A stretch of DNA of 63,430 nt, from NCBI GenBank assembly GCA_964581035.1, contig CAZOLO010000003.1, forward strand, positions 14,085 to 77,514. Reading direction: 5' to 3'. Positions within the stretch are counted from its first letter, which is position 1; every line of letters starts with the position of its first letter. A program made the translations under genes and the position numbers. Source of the stretch: an uncultured Candidatus Saccharibacteria bacterium. GTDB lineage: Bacteria > Patescibacteriota > Minisyncoccia > Phycocordibacterales > CSBR16-119. Of the stretch, positions 26,664 to 35,785 are shown piece by piece. The notes below the pieces were generated by a model. It did no database searches. It was not told where the DNA came from and worked only from the letters and a program-made list of their open reading frames with translations.

Positions 26664-29600
26664 CTACATCTTTAGCTTTTCATTTAGGTAACCCTTATTA
26701 ATCTTTGCATTTTTAGTTATCTCGTTTACAACGGCCTCACCTTTTATCTCTTCCACTCTCAGGCTGTATTCTCCGTTGTTTGCAAGAAGATGATACCTTC
26801 CATACTTATCAGCTACTGTATGTTTTATTTCCTGATTTAGTCTTGGGGAAATAAGTTTCAGGATAGCATATGGTACTGGATCCCCATTTGAATCTGTTAC
26901 AGACCCATTTGGTCTTCCACCAAGTCCTGTTTTCTTAATAACAGCAAATACTATATATAGTGCAAATGTCCCGATATTGTATGGAGCTGGGAAGAAGATC
27001 AGGGCTAATGTAGCAACAGCAAACCCTAGGTAGAACAATATATCCCCAATTTTTGTGATTACATAATCTCTTTTCTTAAAGAATTTAAGCCTATTATTAT
27101 CTATCTTGTCCTGCTCATTCCAGTTCAAAGCTGTTGGATCAAGAGGGATGTTTTTTGTAACAATCTGACCCTGCTCAGCAACTTCAAATGGTGCTCCGAA
27201 ATATAGATCTTGATACAGGTGATCACTAAGCTGACCAATAAGTGCATGTGAAGGGAAATCATAATCTTTCTTCTTTGCAGATATTCGATATGTTCCAGGT
27301 TGGTCGATAAGGAATGAATATCTTCCATCCATATCTGTGATAGCGTTCTTCTCATCACCTGTTTGAATATTTGTAAGAGTTACATATACAGGATCTAGAG
27401 GTCTCTTTGTCTTAGCATCATAAACTGTACCCCATGGTCTTTGCTTCTTCTTTAATCCAAGAGCAGTCAAGAATAAGTTCCAAAGTCTTGCAGGGAGAAG
27501 TAGCAACTCAGATCCAGCCAGAGGTGCGGCAAATGCTCCAGCAATAGCAGAGATTATTCCAACAACAAGAGCCACAGCCACCCCGACTTTAGTTTCTGGT
27601 TTGTCTACAAAGTTTGCAATATCAACGGTTCTGAAAATAATTGGCTCTGTCGGACCAATAACATCTATAGGTGTGTCATCAACAGTTGGGATGTCTCCTC
27701 CAGAAGGATCTGAAATATCACCTGGGCTTATAGGCTCAAGGGGGTCAATAAGGTCAATATCAGGATCATCTTGCGGGTACAAACATGAATTAGCATTTTG
27801 AGTGGCGTCTGGATTATAGTTCAAAGCAGAAGGATCCATACATCCAATAACAGGAATATTTTCATACTGACAAGAATTATTATTCTCTGTAGCAAGAGGA
27901 TTATAGTTCAGAGCTGTTGAGTCTGTACAACCTAGGACCTCAGTCTCTTGATCATACTGACATGAATTATCATCTTCATTTGCGTTTTGATTGTAGTTCA
28001 AAGCTTCTTGGTCTGTACACCCTAGAGTCTCTGGAGCAATTATTGGATCAGCAAGAACCTCAAGACTAACAACAGGACATTCAGCCTCACGCCCCTCATT
28101 GTCAGTTGTTATAATCTCTATATCATGTTGCCCAACCCCTAGATCTGAACCAAGAATATCTTGAGGCGAAGACTCTCCATTCAAATCATACGGAGGATTC
28201 CCTCCTGTTGAACTCCAAGATAGAGTAGTTGTATCACTAAGGAATATAACTGAACTGCTCAAGGTTGTCTCATTACATACAAAAGGTGACACTACCTCCA
28301 AATCAGCAGTACATTGAGCTGTCTGTGGCTCAGGAAAAGAACTGTCTGTAACTGAAACATCGAAAGTAAAGCTTGCGATTGATTCACCCTCCTCTAGATC
28401 AGGAGCAACTACAACCATAGATGACTCTTCTTCATCTATATAAGGCTCCACACCACCTGTTATATCCCAAGATAAAGTGGTTTCTTCACCCTCGGTCACC
28501 GATGAATCGCTGAAGCTGGCTGTACACATAAGTGGGTCAGGTTGAATAACCTCAACTTCTTCTTCACAAGTTGTAGCGCCCCATTGGTTAATAGCATCGA
28601 AGAAAAATCTTGTTGTCTGAGTTATAAATTGAGGCAGAATAGTAATACCTGTGGTTGATTTGTGATATATCTGCTCGTAATTTGATATAGAAGGTTTGTC
28701 ATCTGAAAGTTTAAAATAAAAGTCTCCAGACCCAACAGCTCCCCACACAAGATTCAAAACGCTTCCTAGATTTATAGATTGTGGCGCAGACAGAGAGCAA
28801 ACTGGTGGCGGTGTGTATGGAGGCCCCCCACCATTATCATCAAAGTCTACTGATAAAGACGTATTTGAATATCCATTAATTGCTGCAGCCGAACCTCCAG
28901 TAAATGCATCGCCTAGGAATGTAAGTCCCATGTTTGAGATGTCGTCTGCATCTTGATGTGCAGCGGCTGTTCCAGTAAGTGAGACAGTGGCTGTTGTGTT
29001 AGATGTTCCAGTTACAACCATAGTTAATCCTGTTGGAACGTTTGAAACTGTATAGTGAGTAGAGATTGTCATGGCTCCAGAGGTGGCTGCGACAAAAGTG
29101 TCCCCCGTTAAAGTAATGTTTGCCGTTGTTGTGATTGTTCCGTCGTTTGATCCTGATTCTGAAAAAGTAGTAGTGTCATACGTTACAGATACACATCCGT
29201 CCCCACCGTCAGTGATTGTCCACAAGTCAGATGCGATCATATTTGCACGAGCTGCAGACCCAGCACAGTAGGTACTGTTTCCCCCGGAGAAGGTTACCCC
29301 GCTTTGGAGTGTTTGTGCGTTCCAGCCGATTAAGAGTGAGTCGTAGTTTGATTGGGAGAGGGTTACGTCATCCAAAAATTGAGTTGCATCTGTAACAGAT
29401 GTTACGTCCCATGAACCAAGGTCTTGATCGAAAGAGGTTGCACCATAAAACATACCGAGCATGATATCTACAGAAGACATATCCCAGCTTGAAAGATCTT
29501 GGTTGAAGGAGGTGGCGCCCGAAAATGTCTGGCTCATATCCGTAACTAAAGCAATGTCAGCACCCCACGCATTAAGGGGTTGATTAAAAGAGACTGCACC

Positions 29601-32600
29601 AAGGAACATATACGACATATCAGTAACACCCGAAACATCCCAAGAAGAAATGTCTTGGTTGAAGGAGGTGGCGCCCGAAAACATTTGAGATGTGTTTGTT
29701 AGACTTCCTGTGTTCCACCCAGAGATATCTTGGTTAAATGAACTGGCAGATTGAAACATACTACCCATATTCACAACAAGTGCAGTGTCATTACCCCAGA
29801 CACCTATTGGTTGATCAAAAGAATTAGCGTTAAAGAACATAGAAGACATACCTGTAACACTTGACACATCCCATCCTGAAATGTCTTGATTAAAAGAGAC
29901 CGCACTAAAGAACATACCCGCCATATAAGTAACACCTGAAACATTCCAAGAAGAGATGTCTTGGTTGAAGGAGATGGCATCTTGGAACATATATGAAGTA
30001 TCTGTAACAGAAGATAAATCAGGTGAATCAGTTGCATTTACCTCTAAGTTAGCCGCACCACTAAAAGCACTCGCCATACTTGTCCAAACCTGATTACCCC
30101 ACTGATCAACATCTAGGATCTTTAATTTATCTCCACTGTTATTAAAATAAATTCTAGGAAAATCTCCAGTAATTCGGATAGTGTAAGTTCCGGCTACTCC
30201 GAAATCAAAAGTAACATCACCAGTATAGAGCGTCGCTTCATCGACACCACCCCCATAAGTATTGACGTCAGTAAAATCACCATCGTTGTTCCAGTCAACC
30301 TTATATGAGTATCCTGCTCCTGTGGTTGGAATAGTGATTGAGGTTGAATTTGAGGTTCCAGCATTGTTTGTTTTCCATGTGGTTACGAAGTCATCGGTAG
30401 ACAAAACTGCTGGATCATCAAAATCAACACTCAACCCTGTATTTGCATACCCAGTAATTCCCGCAGCATTTCCTCCCGTGAAGGCAGCATTGGTGAATGT
30501 AAGTCCCATGTTTGAAATATCGTTTGCATTTGCGTGGGCTGCGGCTGTTCCAGTAAGTGCAACAGTGGCTGTTGTACCTGAAGTTCCAGTTACAACCATG
30601 GTTAATCCTGATGGTACATTGGCTACTGTGTAGTCATCACTGATTGTCATTGCTCCACCAGAGGTTTTGAAGGTGTCTCCTGTGAGGGTTAGTGTGGCAG
30701 TGGTTGATATTGTTCCGTCGTTTAAACCACTCTCAGTAAATGTTGCTGTTGAGTATGAAAGAGTTCCTGGGTCAATAAAGTCAACCGATCCATTTGCATC
30801 GGTATAGTTTGTTACGTTCGATGCTGTTGCAGTGTTTGTAAATGCACCATCTTCGAATGTGATTGTTAGATCGGTTACATCGTTAACATCAGCATGGTTT
30901 GTCGCATTACCAGTAAAAGTAAGTGTAGCTGTTGTTCCCCCTCCGTTTACAGTCATAACTGCGGTTATTCCTGCTGGTTTGTTTGTAAGTGTAAAGTGAG
31001 TGTTTTCTGTAAGTGTAGAACCTGCGTTTATGAATGTGTCATCTGTTAGTGTTGCGACTCTAGATCCGGTAACTGATCCATCGTTGGATCCTGATTCGGT
31101 GAAGTTTCCGGAGTATGAGAGAGAAGCACAATCTTGACCACCATCTGTAATTGTCCATAGATCAGATGAGATCATGTTTGCACGAGCTGCAGAACCTACA
31201 CAGTAGGTGCTGTTTCCTCCACTAAAGGTTAATCCACTATTTAGCACTTGTGCGTTCCAGCCGATTAGGAGTGAGTCATAGTTTGACTGGGAAAGAGTAA
31301 CCCCATCAAACATATCATCTGCATATGAAAGAGATGTGACATCCCAATCCCCCAAATCCTGATCGAAAGATGTGGCCCCCTGGAACATTCGGCCAGCAAT
31401 TGAAAACGAAGAAGTCTCCCATAAATCTAGGGGTTGGTTAAAAGATATTGCACCTTGAAACATGTCATAAAGTGATGTAGCACTCGAAAGACTCCAAGAG
31501 TTTAGAGGTTGGTTAAAAGATGTGGCACCATCAAACATATATATGGTTGATGTTACAGATGAAACGTCCCAACCTGACAAACTTCCATTAAAGGAAGTTG
31601 CATCCTGAAACATACTAACCATATTTGTCACAGAAGAAACATCCCAAGAGTTTAGATCCTGGTTAAAATCTGATGCCCCCTCAAACATACCCTGCATAGT
31701 TTCTACAGACGAAACATCAGTACCCCAAGCATTGAGCGGCTGGTTAAAATCTGATGCCTCTTTAAACATGTAACTCATGTCCACCACAGATGAAACATCC
31801 CAGGCAGAAATATCCTGGTTGAAGGCAAAGGCTGTCTGGAACATACCTTGAGTACTTGTTACATTCGATACATCCCAGGCAGAAATATCACTATTCATAG
31901 TATCTGCTCTAAGGAACATAAAACTCATGTCTGTTACCGATGAAAGATCTGGCGAATCAGTGGCAGAGATATCCAAGTAATAGGCACCTGCGAAAGCATT
32001 CGCCATGGAGGTCCAGACCTGGTCACCCCACTGATCAACAGAACGTATCTTGAATCTATCTGCTCCGAAATTAAGATAAAACCTTGGAAAGTCTCCCCTA
32101 ATTCGGACGGTGTAAGTTCCAGTAACACCGTAATCATGCGTCACATCTCCTGTTAGACCAAATTCATCAAATATACCGTCATTATCCCAGTCCACGTCGT
32201 AATCATAGGTCTCCCCCGGGAATGTTGGGATTGTGATTGAGGTTGATGTAAATGGAGGATTTTCCCAGGTTGTTACGAATTCACTTGCAGAATAAGTTGT
32301 GAAATCAACAGTACCCACAGCATCGGTATAGTTGGCAACATTTGTTGCTTCTAGGGCTGTTGCAAAAGCGCTATCTAAAAATGTAATCATTAGATTAGAG
32401 ACATCGTTTGCATTTGCATGGTTTGTGGCGTTTCCTGTGAATGTAAGAGTAGCTGTTGTTCCACCTCCATTTACATTCATAACAGCAGTTAGTCCTGCTG
32501 GTTTGTTTGTAAGTGTGAAGTGGGTACCTTCCGTAAGAGTGGAGCCTGCGTTTACAAAAGTATCATCAGTCAGTGTGGCCACTCGTGACCCATCCACCGA

Positions 32601-33830
32601 TCCATCATTCGCCACAGCCTCTGTGAAGTTTCCAGCATAGGCTAGAGACCTGGTTAGAGTAGAGTAGACTCTCACTGAAACTCCCGCATCTGTGAGAGAA
32701 TCAAAATAAGAAACAAGTACTTCACCCACTGAATTTATAGAAATGTCTGAACCAAAAAAAGGGAATGCGTCTGAGAAAGCAGAGAGGGTGCCAAGATCCA
32801 CCCAAGACGAACCGTTATACGTTTTAACTCCTATTAAATTAGATACACCATTATTATCTGTGTATGTAATATATGGAACTCCGCTAGAATCTATCTCGAA
32901 CCTTTGATAATTAGATGAAGTATTGTCAGAGAAACCAGCCAACCCAACTGTTGTCCATGTTCCGCTGACGTAGCTCATAACATGAACTTTTTGACCATAA
33001 TCAGAATCACCAAAAGCAACATAAGGGGTGGTAGTTGCTCCAGAAGTATCAAGAGCTAAATCAAGATAGCTAGCATCACCAGAACCAAATTCATATAAAC
33101 CAATTGTGTCCCATGTTGTTCCATTAAAAGATTTAACAACAGGTTTTGATGGGGTACCTGTATCTACAAAAGATATGTATGGCGTAGCACCGTCAAATTC
33201 GATCTGATGATAAGCTGAGTGAAAAGTTGATTGCTCCGCAGCCCCAAGAGTATCCCACGTTGTTCCATTCCATTTTTTTACTGTGGCCCTAGTCCCAGAT
33301 GTAGATAACGGGTCCCGATAAATAACATAAGGTAAACTCCCGTCCACATCATTTTCTGTGTCCATGTCAAAATTCCGACCAACATTACCAGAACTCATAT
33401 TCTCAGAACCTATAGTGCTCCAAGTAACTCCATTCCATTCTTTAATAGTCAAACCGCCACTATTCGCAGCGTCAGAATAAGCAATATATAAGTTTCCTGG
33501 ACTAGAATATGACTTAGCAAGTCTCATGTATTCGGTCGTGCTGGCGGAAATACCAGGCAAACCAACATTTGTCCATGTTCCTGATGTATAGGTCATAACG
33601 GAAACTCTGTCTGATAGATCTGGGTCAGAGAATGCAATATATGGTGTGTCGTCTATTATGACTAAATCATGAGAGTTCCCAAGATATTCCATACCACCAA
33701 ATTTTCCATTACCAACGAGATCCCAATCAGAAGTCGCTCTCGCAGGAAAAAAAGATATCGCCATATAGGCAACAACAACAAATATAAGGAATATTTGAGC
33801 TTTTAAAATTGTTTTTTTAAAACGGTGCAT
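26664..33830 (-). CDS. giant surface protein (2388 aa): signal/TM, beta-propeller-like repeats, Ig-like domains, two DUF285/Liste_lipo_26-type repeat modules, Cys-bracketed mini-repeats, C-terminal multi-TM anchor with CarbopepD_reg-like domains
   Basis: The 26-residue repeat blocks (for example DISAWDVSSVTNMVSMFQDATSFNQ) are preceded by FVTTWENP...ITIPT...DWDNDG...THDYGVTGTYTVRIRGDFP and end in NYDSLLIGWNAQ...YC.GSAARANMISSDLWTITDGG. That is the classic architecture of this family. The C-terminal region has two TM segments and DMDGRYSF / ADKYGRYHL beta-sandwich motifs. Confidence 0.85.
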   Translation of the reverse strand: MHRFKKTILKAQIFLIFVVVAYMAISFFPARATSDWDLVGNGKFGGMEYLGNSHDLVIIDDTPYIAFSDPDLSDRVSVMTYTSGTWTNVGLPGISASTTEYMRLAKSYSSPGNLYIAYSDAANSGGLTIKEWNGVTWSTIGSENMSSGNVGRNFDMDTENDVDGSLPYVIYRDPLSTSGTRATVKKWNGTTWDTLGAAEQSTFHSAYHQIEFDGATPYISFVDTGTPSKPVVKSFNGTTWDTIGLYEFGSGDASYLDLALDTSGATTTPYVAFGDSDYGQKVHVMSYVSGTWTTVGLAGFSDNTSSNYQRFEIDSSGVPYITYTDNNGVSNLIGVKTYNGSSWVDLGTLSAFSDAFPFFGSDISINSVGEVLVSYFDSLTDAGVSVRVYSTLTRSLAYAGNFTEAVANDGSVDGSRVATLTDDTFVNAGSTLTEGTHFTLTNKPAGLTAVMNVNGGGTTATLTFTGNATNHANANDVSNLMITFLDSAFATALEATNVANYTDAVGTVDFTTYSASEFVTTWENPPFTSTSITIPTFPGETYDYDVDWDNDGIFDEFGLTGDVTHDYGVTGTYTVRIRGDFPRFYLNFGADRFKIRSVDQWGDQVWTSMANAFAGAYYLDISATDSPDLSSVTDMSFMFLRADTMNSDISAWDVSNVTSTQGMFQTAFAFNQDISAWDVSSVVDMSYMFKEASDFNQPLNAWGTDVSSVETMQGMFEGASDFNQDLNSWDVSSVTNMVSMFQDATSFNGSLSGWDVSSVTSTIYMFDGATSFNQPLNSWSLSSATSLYDMFQGAISFNQPLDLWETSSFSIAGRMFQGATSFDQDLGDWDVTSLSYADDMFDGVTLSQSNYDSLLIGWNAQVLNSGLTFSGGNSTYCVGSAARANMISSDLWTITDGGQDCASLSYSGNFTESGSNDGSVTGSRVATLTDDTFINAGSTLTENTHFTLTNKPAGITAVMTVNGGGTTATLTFTGNATNHADVNDVTDLTITFEDGAFTNTATASNVTNYTDANGSVDFIDPGTLSYSTATFTESGLNDGTISTTATLTLTGDTFKTSGGAMTISDDYTVANVPSGLTMVVTGTSGTTATVALTGTAAAHANANDISNMGLTFTNAAFTGGNAAGITGYANTGLSVDFDDPAVLSTDDFVTTWKTNNAGTSNSTSITIPTTGAGYSYKVDWNNDGDFTDVNTYGGGVDEATLYTGDVTFDFGVAGTYTIRITGDFPRIYFNNSGDKLKILDVDQWGNQVWTSMASAFSGAANLEVNATDSPDLSSVTDTSYMFQDAISFNQDISSWNVSGVTYMAGMFFSAVSFNQDISGWDVSSVTGMSSMFFNANSFDQPIGVWGNDTALVVNMGSMFQSASSFNQDISGWNTGSLTNTSQMFSGATSFNQDISSWDVSGVTDMSYMFLGAVSFNQPLNAWGADIALVTDMSQTFSGATSFNQDLSSWDMSSVDIMLGMFYGATSFDQDLGSWDVTSVTDATQFLDDVTLSQSNYDSLLIGWNAQTLQSGVTFSGGNSTYCAGSAARANMIASDLWTITDGGDGCVSVTYDTTTFSESGSNDGTITTTANITLTGDTFVAATSGAMTISTHYTVSNVPTGLTMVVTGTSNTTATVSLTGTAAAHQDADDISNMGLTFLGDAFTGGSAAAINGYSNTSLSVDFDDNGGGPPYTPPPVCSLSAPQSINLGSVLNLVWGAVGSGDFYFKLSDDKPSISNYEQIYHKSTTGITILPQFITQTTRFFFDAINQWGATTCEEEVEVIQPDPLMCTASFSDSSVTEGEETTLSWDITGGVEPYIDEEESSMVVVAPDLEEGESIASFTFDVSVTDSSFPEPQTAQCTADLEVVSPFVCNETTLSSSVIFLSDTTTLSWSSTGGNPPYDLNGESSPQDILGSDLGVGQHDIEIITTDNEGREAECPVVSLEVLADPIIAPETLGCTDQEALNYNQNANEDDNSCQYDQETEVLGCTDSTALNYNPLATENNNSCQYENIPVIGCMDPSALNYNPDATQNANSCLYPQDDPDIDLIDPLEPISPGDISDPSGGDIPTVDDTPIDVIGPTEPIIFRTVDIANFVDKPETKVGVAVALVVGIISAIAGAFAAPLAGSELLLLPARLWNLFLTALGLKKKQRPWGTVYDAKTKRPLDPVYVTLTNIQTGDEKNAITDMDGRYSFLIDQPGTYRISAKKKDYDFPSHALIGQLSDHLYQDLYFGAPFEVAEQGQIVTKNIPLDPTALNWNEQDKIDNNRLKFFKKRDYVITKIGDILFYLGFAVATLALIFFPAPYNIGTFALYIVFAVIKKTGLGGRPNGSVTDSNGDPVPYAILKLISPRLNQEIKHTVADKYGRYHLLANNGEYSLRVEEIKGEAVVNEITKNAKINKGYLNEKLKM

Positions 33831-33894
33831 TTTTTGATTATACCCTTATATTATAACCCATATTAAAAAGGCGAGAAAGAATTCCCGCCTTAAA

Positions 33895-35268
33895 TCACTG
33901 GATAACCAGCTTCTTTATTTTTCCTTTGTTTTTACCTATTGTATACACACCTGATGACAATCCTCTTAGGTCAACTTCTTGACCATTTGAGCTAGTAACA
34001 GAAATTGTTTCTAAGGCTCTACCAAAGGAGTCTTTTACATCATAGTTGCCACATAACCCAAAGAAATAAAATTGACCATTTGAAGGGTTTGGATAGATCT
34101 CAAGCACCTGATTTGACTGCAAACCCTGAATTCCCGTTTGGACCAAAGGCTCATTTGGTAAAGGATAGGCTTCAGCTGGAATTTTTCCAAAGAACTGGAA
34201 GTTTCCATCATGACCGTACCCACCCATCTTACCTGTTATCCAGATAAACTTTCCTTCTTGATCTAGTCTAGCATGACCCATTTGGGTGACCCATGAAATT
34301 AATTGGTCAACAGGCAGCTCGCTCTTAACATTGTATATGGAATCCCCACACCAAATTGATGAACCGTCATCAATGTTTTGACCTAAAGGTACATTTGTTA
34401 AAAGACCAAGTCTAATCTGCTCTTTAAATGCAAATCTTGGATGCTTACCAGATTCACTCCAGTCATTCTCATGAGCTATACCAGATACAACATCTGCTGT
34501 GACTCTCTTACCTTGATACAAGACATCATAGAATTCAGCAATACTATCACTACTCCAACCAACCCCCCATGGAGTTGTGAAGTTAGAAGTATACAAACCA
34601 TTCGGACTTGTATATTCGTAGTTGACTTCAACAGAAGAAATCCCACTGTAATCAAATACACCAGCAAAAGTGTTTGTGCTAAATGCAAACAATCCTTCTT
34701 CTGGATTGTCCACTGCATAACCAACAGAACCACTCGACAGGAAAACTGTTTCAGGATCTTCTCCTGAGATGTCCCATAGCTCAACCTGATCGAAATCTCG
34801 TTCGACAAGCAGGCTGTATCCACCCACAATTATTTTTGGAATAACACCTTCGTCAAACCAATAACTGAAGTCTACAACCTCTTCTAGATTAGTTGCTCTA
34901 ATTATTAGCCTAGCCGGATGATCTGTCATTGGTGCAAATGTAGTTGCTTTAATGGCGACAATCAACTTGTCTCCATAAACAACAGCATCTTTTGCAAATA
35001 GACCAAAGTTTGATTCGTAGGTTTCGCTTTCCAGTAAATCCCCTTGTGAATCAACATGGTTCACAAATATCCTGCCGTTTTCAAGGGAGCCAACGATAAA
35101 CGCTGTTCCATCCAAAAGAGGTACCGGAATATTGTCTACTCCGTTTACATTACAAGATGCGTTTGGGTCGATGACATGCGACCCTCGGAAAAAATGTTGA
35201 GCATTGGTTACTGATGGGAGTGCGCAAAGCACTACGACCAAAAGTCTTAAAATAGATAAATTTTTCAT
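33895..35268 (-). CDS. secreted protein with a T9SS-type C-terminal sorting domain (Por_Secre_tail-like)
   Basis: N-terminal signal peptide ending in TNAQ. The last ~70 aa (LEIYPNPSNGQFYFF...VDLRGLSSGVYTIG...KLVIQ) fit the T9SS CTD consensus. The body may be beta-propeller-like. Confidence 0.6.
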   Translation of the reverse strand: MKNLSILRLLVVVLCALPSVTNAQHFFRGSHVIDPNASCNVNGVDNIPVPLLDGTAFIVGSLENGRIFVNHVDSQGDLLESETYESNFGLFAKDAVVYGDKLIVAIKATTFAPMTDHPARLIIRATNLEEVVDFSYWFDEGVIPKIIVGGYSLLVERDFDQVELWDISGEDPETVFLSSGSVGYAVDNPEEGLFAFSTNTFAGVFDYSGISSVEVNYEYTSPNGLYTSNFTTPWGVGWSSDSIAEFYDVLYQGKRVTADVVSGIAHENDWSESGKHPRFAFKEQIRLGLLTNVPLGQNIDDGSSIWCGDSIYNVKSELPVDQLISWVTQMGHARLDQEGKFIWITGKMGGYGHDGNFQFFGKIPAEAYPLPNEPLVQTGIQGLQSNQVLEIYPNPSNGQFYFFGLCGNYDVKDSFGRALETISVTSSNGQEVDLRGLSSGVYTIGKNKGKIKKLVIQ

Positions 35269-35385
35269 GTACTACCTTTTAATTAACATTCAGATAAACT
35301 CTAAAACAGTACAGGTAAAAAGTCAACGATTCTAAAACTCTTGCAAACAAGTCTTTTTTAGCTAAAATGAGGAAAAATATACAAA

Positions 35386-35736
35386 ATGAAAAAGACTGAA
35401 GAACAGCAGTACTTCAAATACTTTGAGGAGGTTTTAATTGCGTTATTTCCACACGAAACCAAGAAGCTTAGAAATGCTAGTATCTACGCCACTTCCGAGC
35501 TTACAGGATTACGTATTGGAGATCTGATAGACAAAGGTGTACTTTTGCTTTCGGAGTATAGAGAAGCAGCTGAATTTGCCATGAGCGCAAAATACAAATT
35601 TGACCGTGATAAAATTCAGGACCAGATTGACCATAAATATTCAGAAGTTCATGGAGTAGAAAGGGTTCAGTCTGAAACAGAACATATTTTTTCAGGAGAA
35701 ATAAGAAAAGATCCTATTGAAAAGCTCCTCAATTGA
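35386..35736 (+). CDS. hypothetical protein (116 aa)
   Basis: ORF with a terminator immediately downstream. No recognisable domain. Confidence 0.4.
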   Translation: MKKTEEQQYFKYFEEVLIALFPHETKKLRNASIYATSELTGLRIGDLIDKGVLLLSEYREAAEFAMSAKYKFDRDKIQDQIDHKYSEVHGVERVQSETEHIFSGEIRKDPIEKLLN

Positions 35737-35745
35737 AGTTTATCT

Positions 35746-35785
35746 CAAAAACCTGCAAGCTTTTTGGTTTGCAGGTTTTTTTATT
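35746..35785. terminator. bidirectional terminator (AACCTGCAA / TTGCAGGTT 9-bp stem)
   Basis: A-run, 9-bp stem, T-run. It serves the 35386 gene and the helicase gene. Confidence 0.6.

Noticed and set aside
26664-33830. Diversity-generating retroelement (template and variable repeats) targeting the giant surface protein.
   Set aside because: There is no reverse transcriptase gene in the window. The two repeated modules differ at many positions that are not adenine-specific, which fits ordinary tandem duplication rather than DGR mutagenesis.
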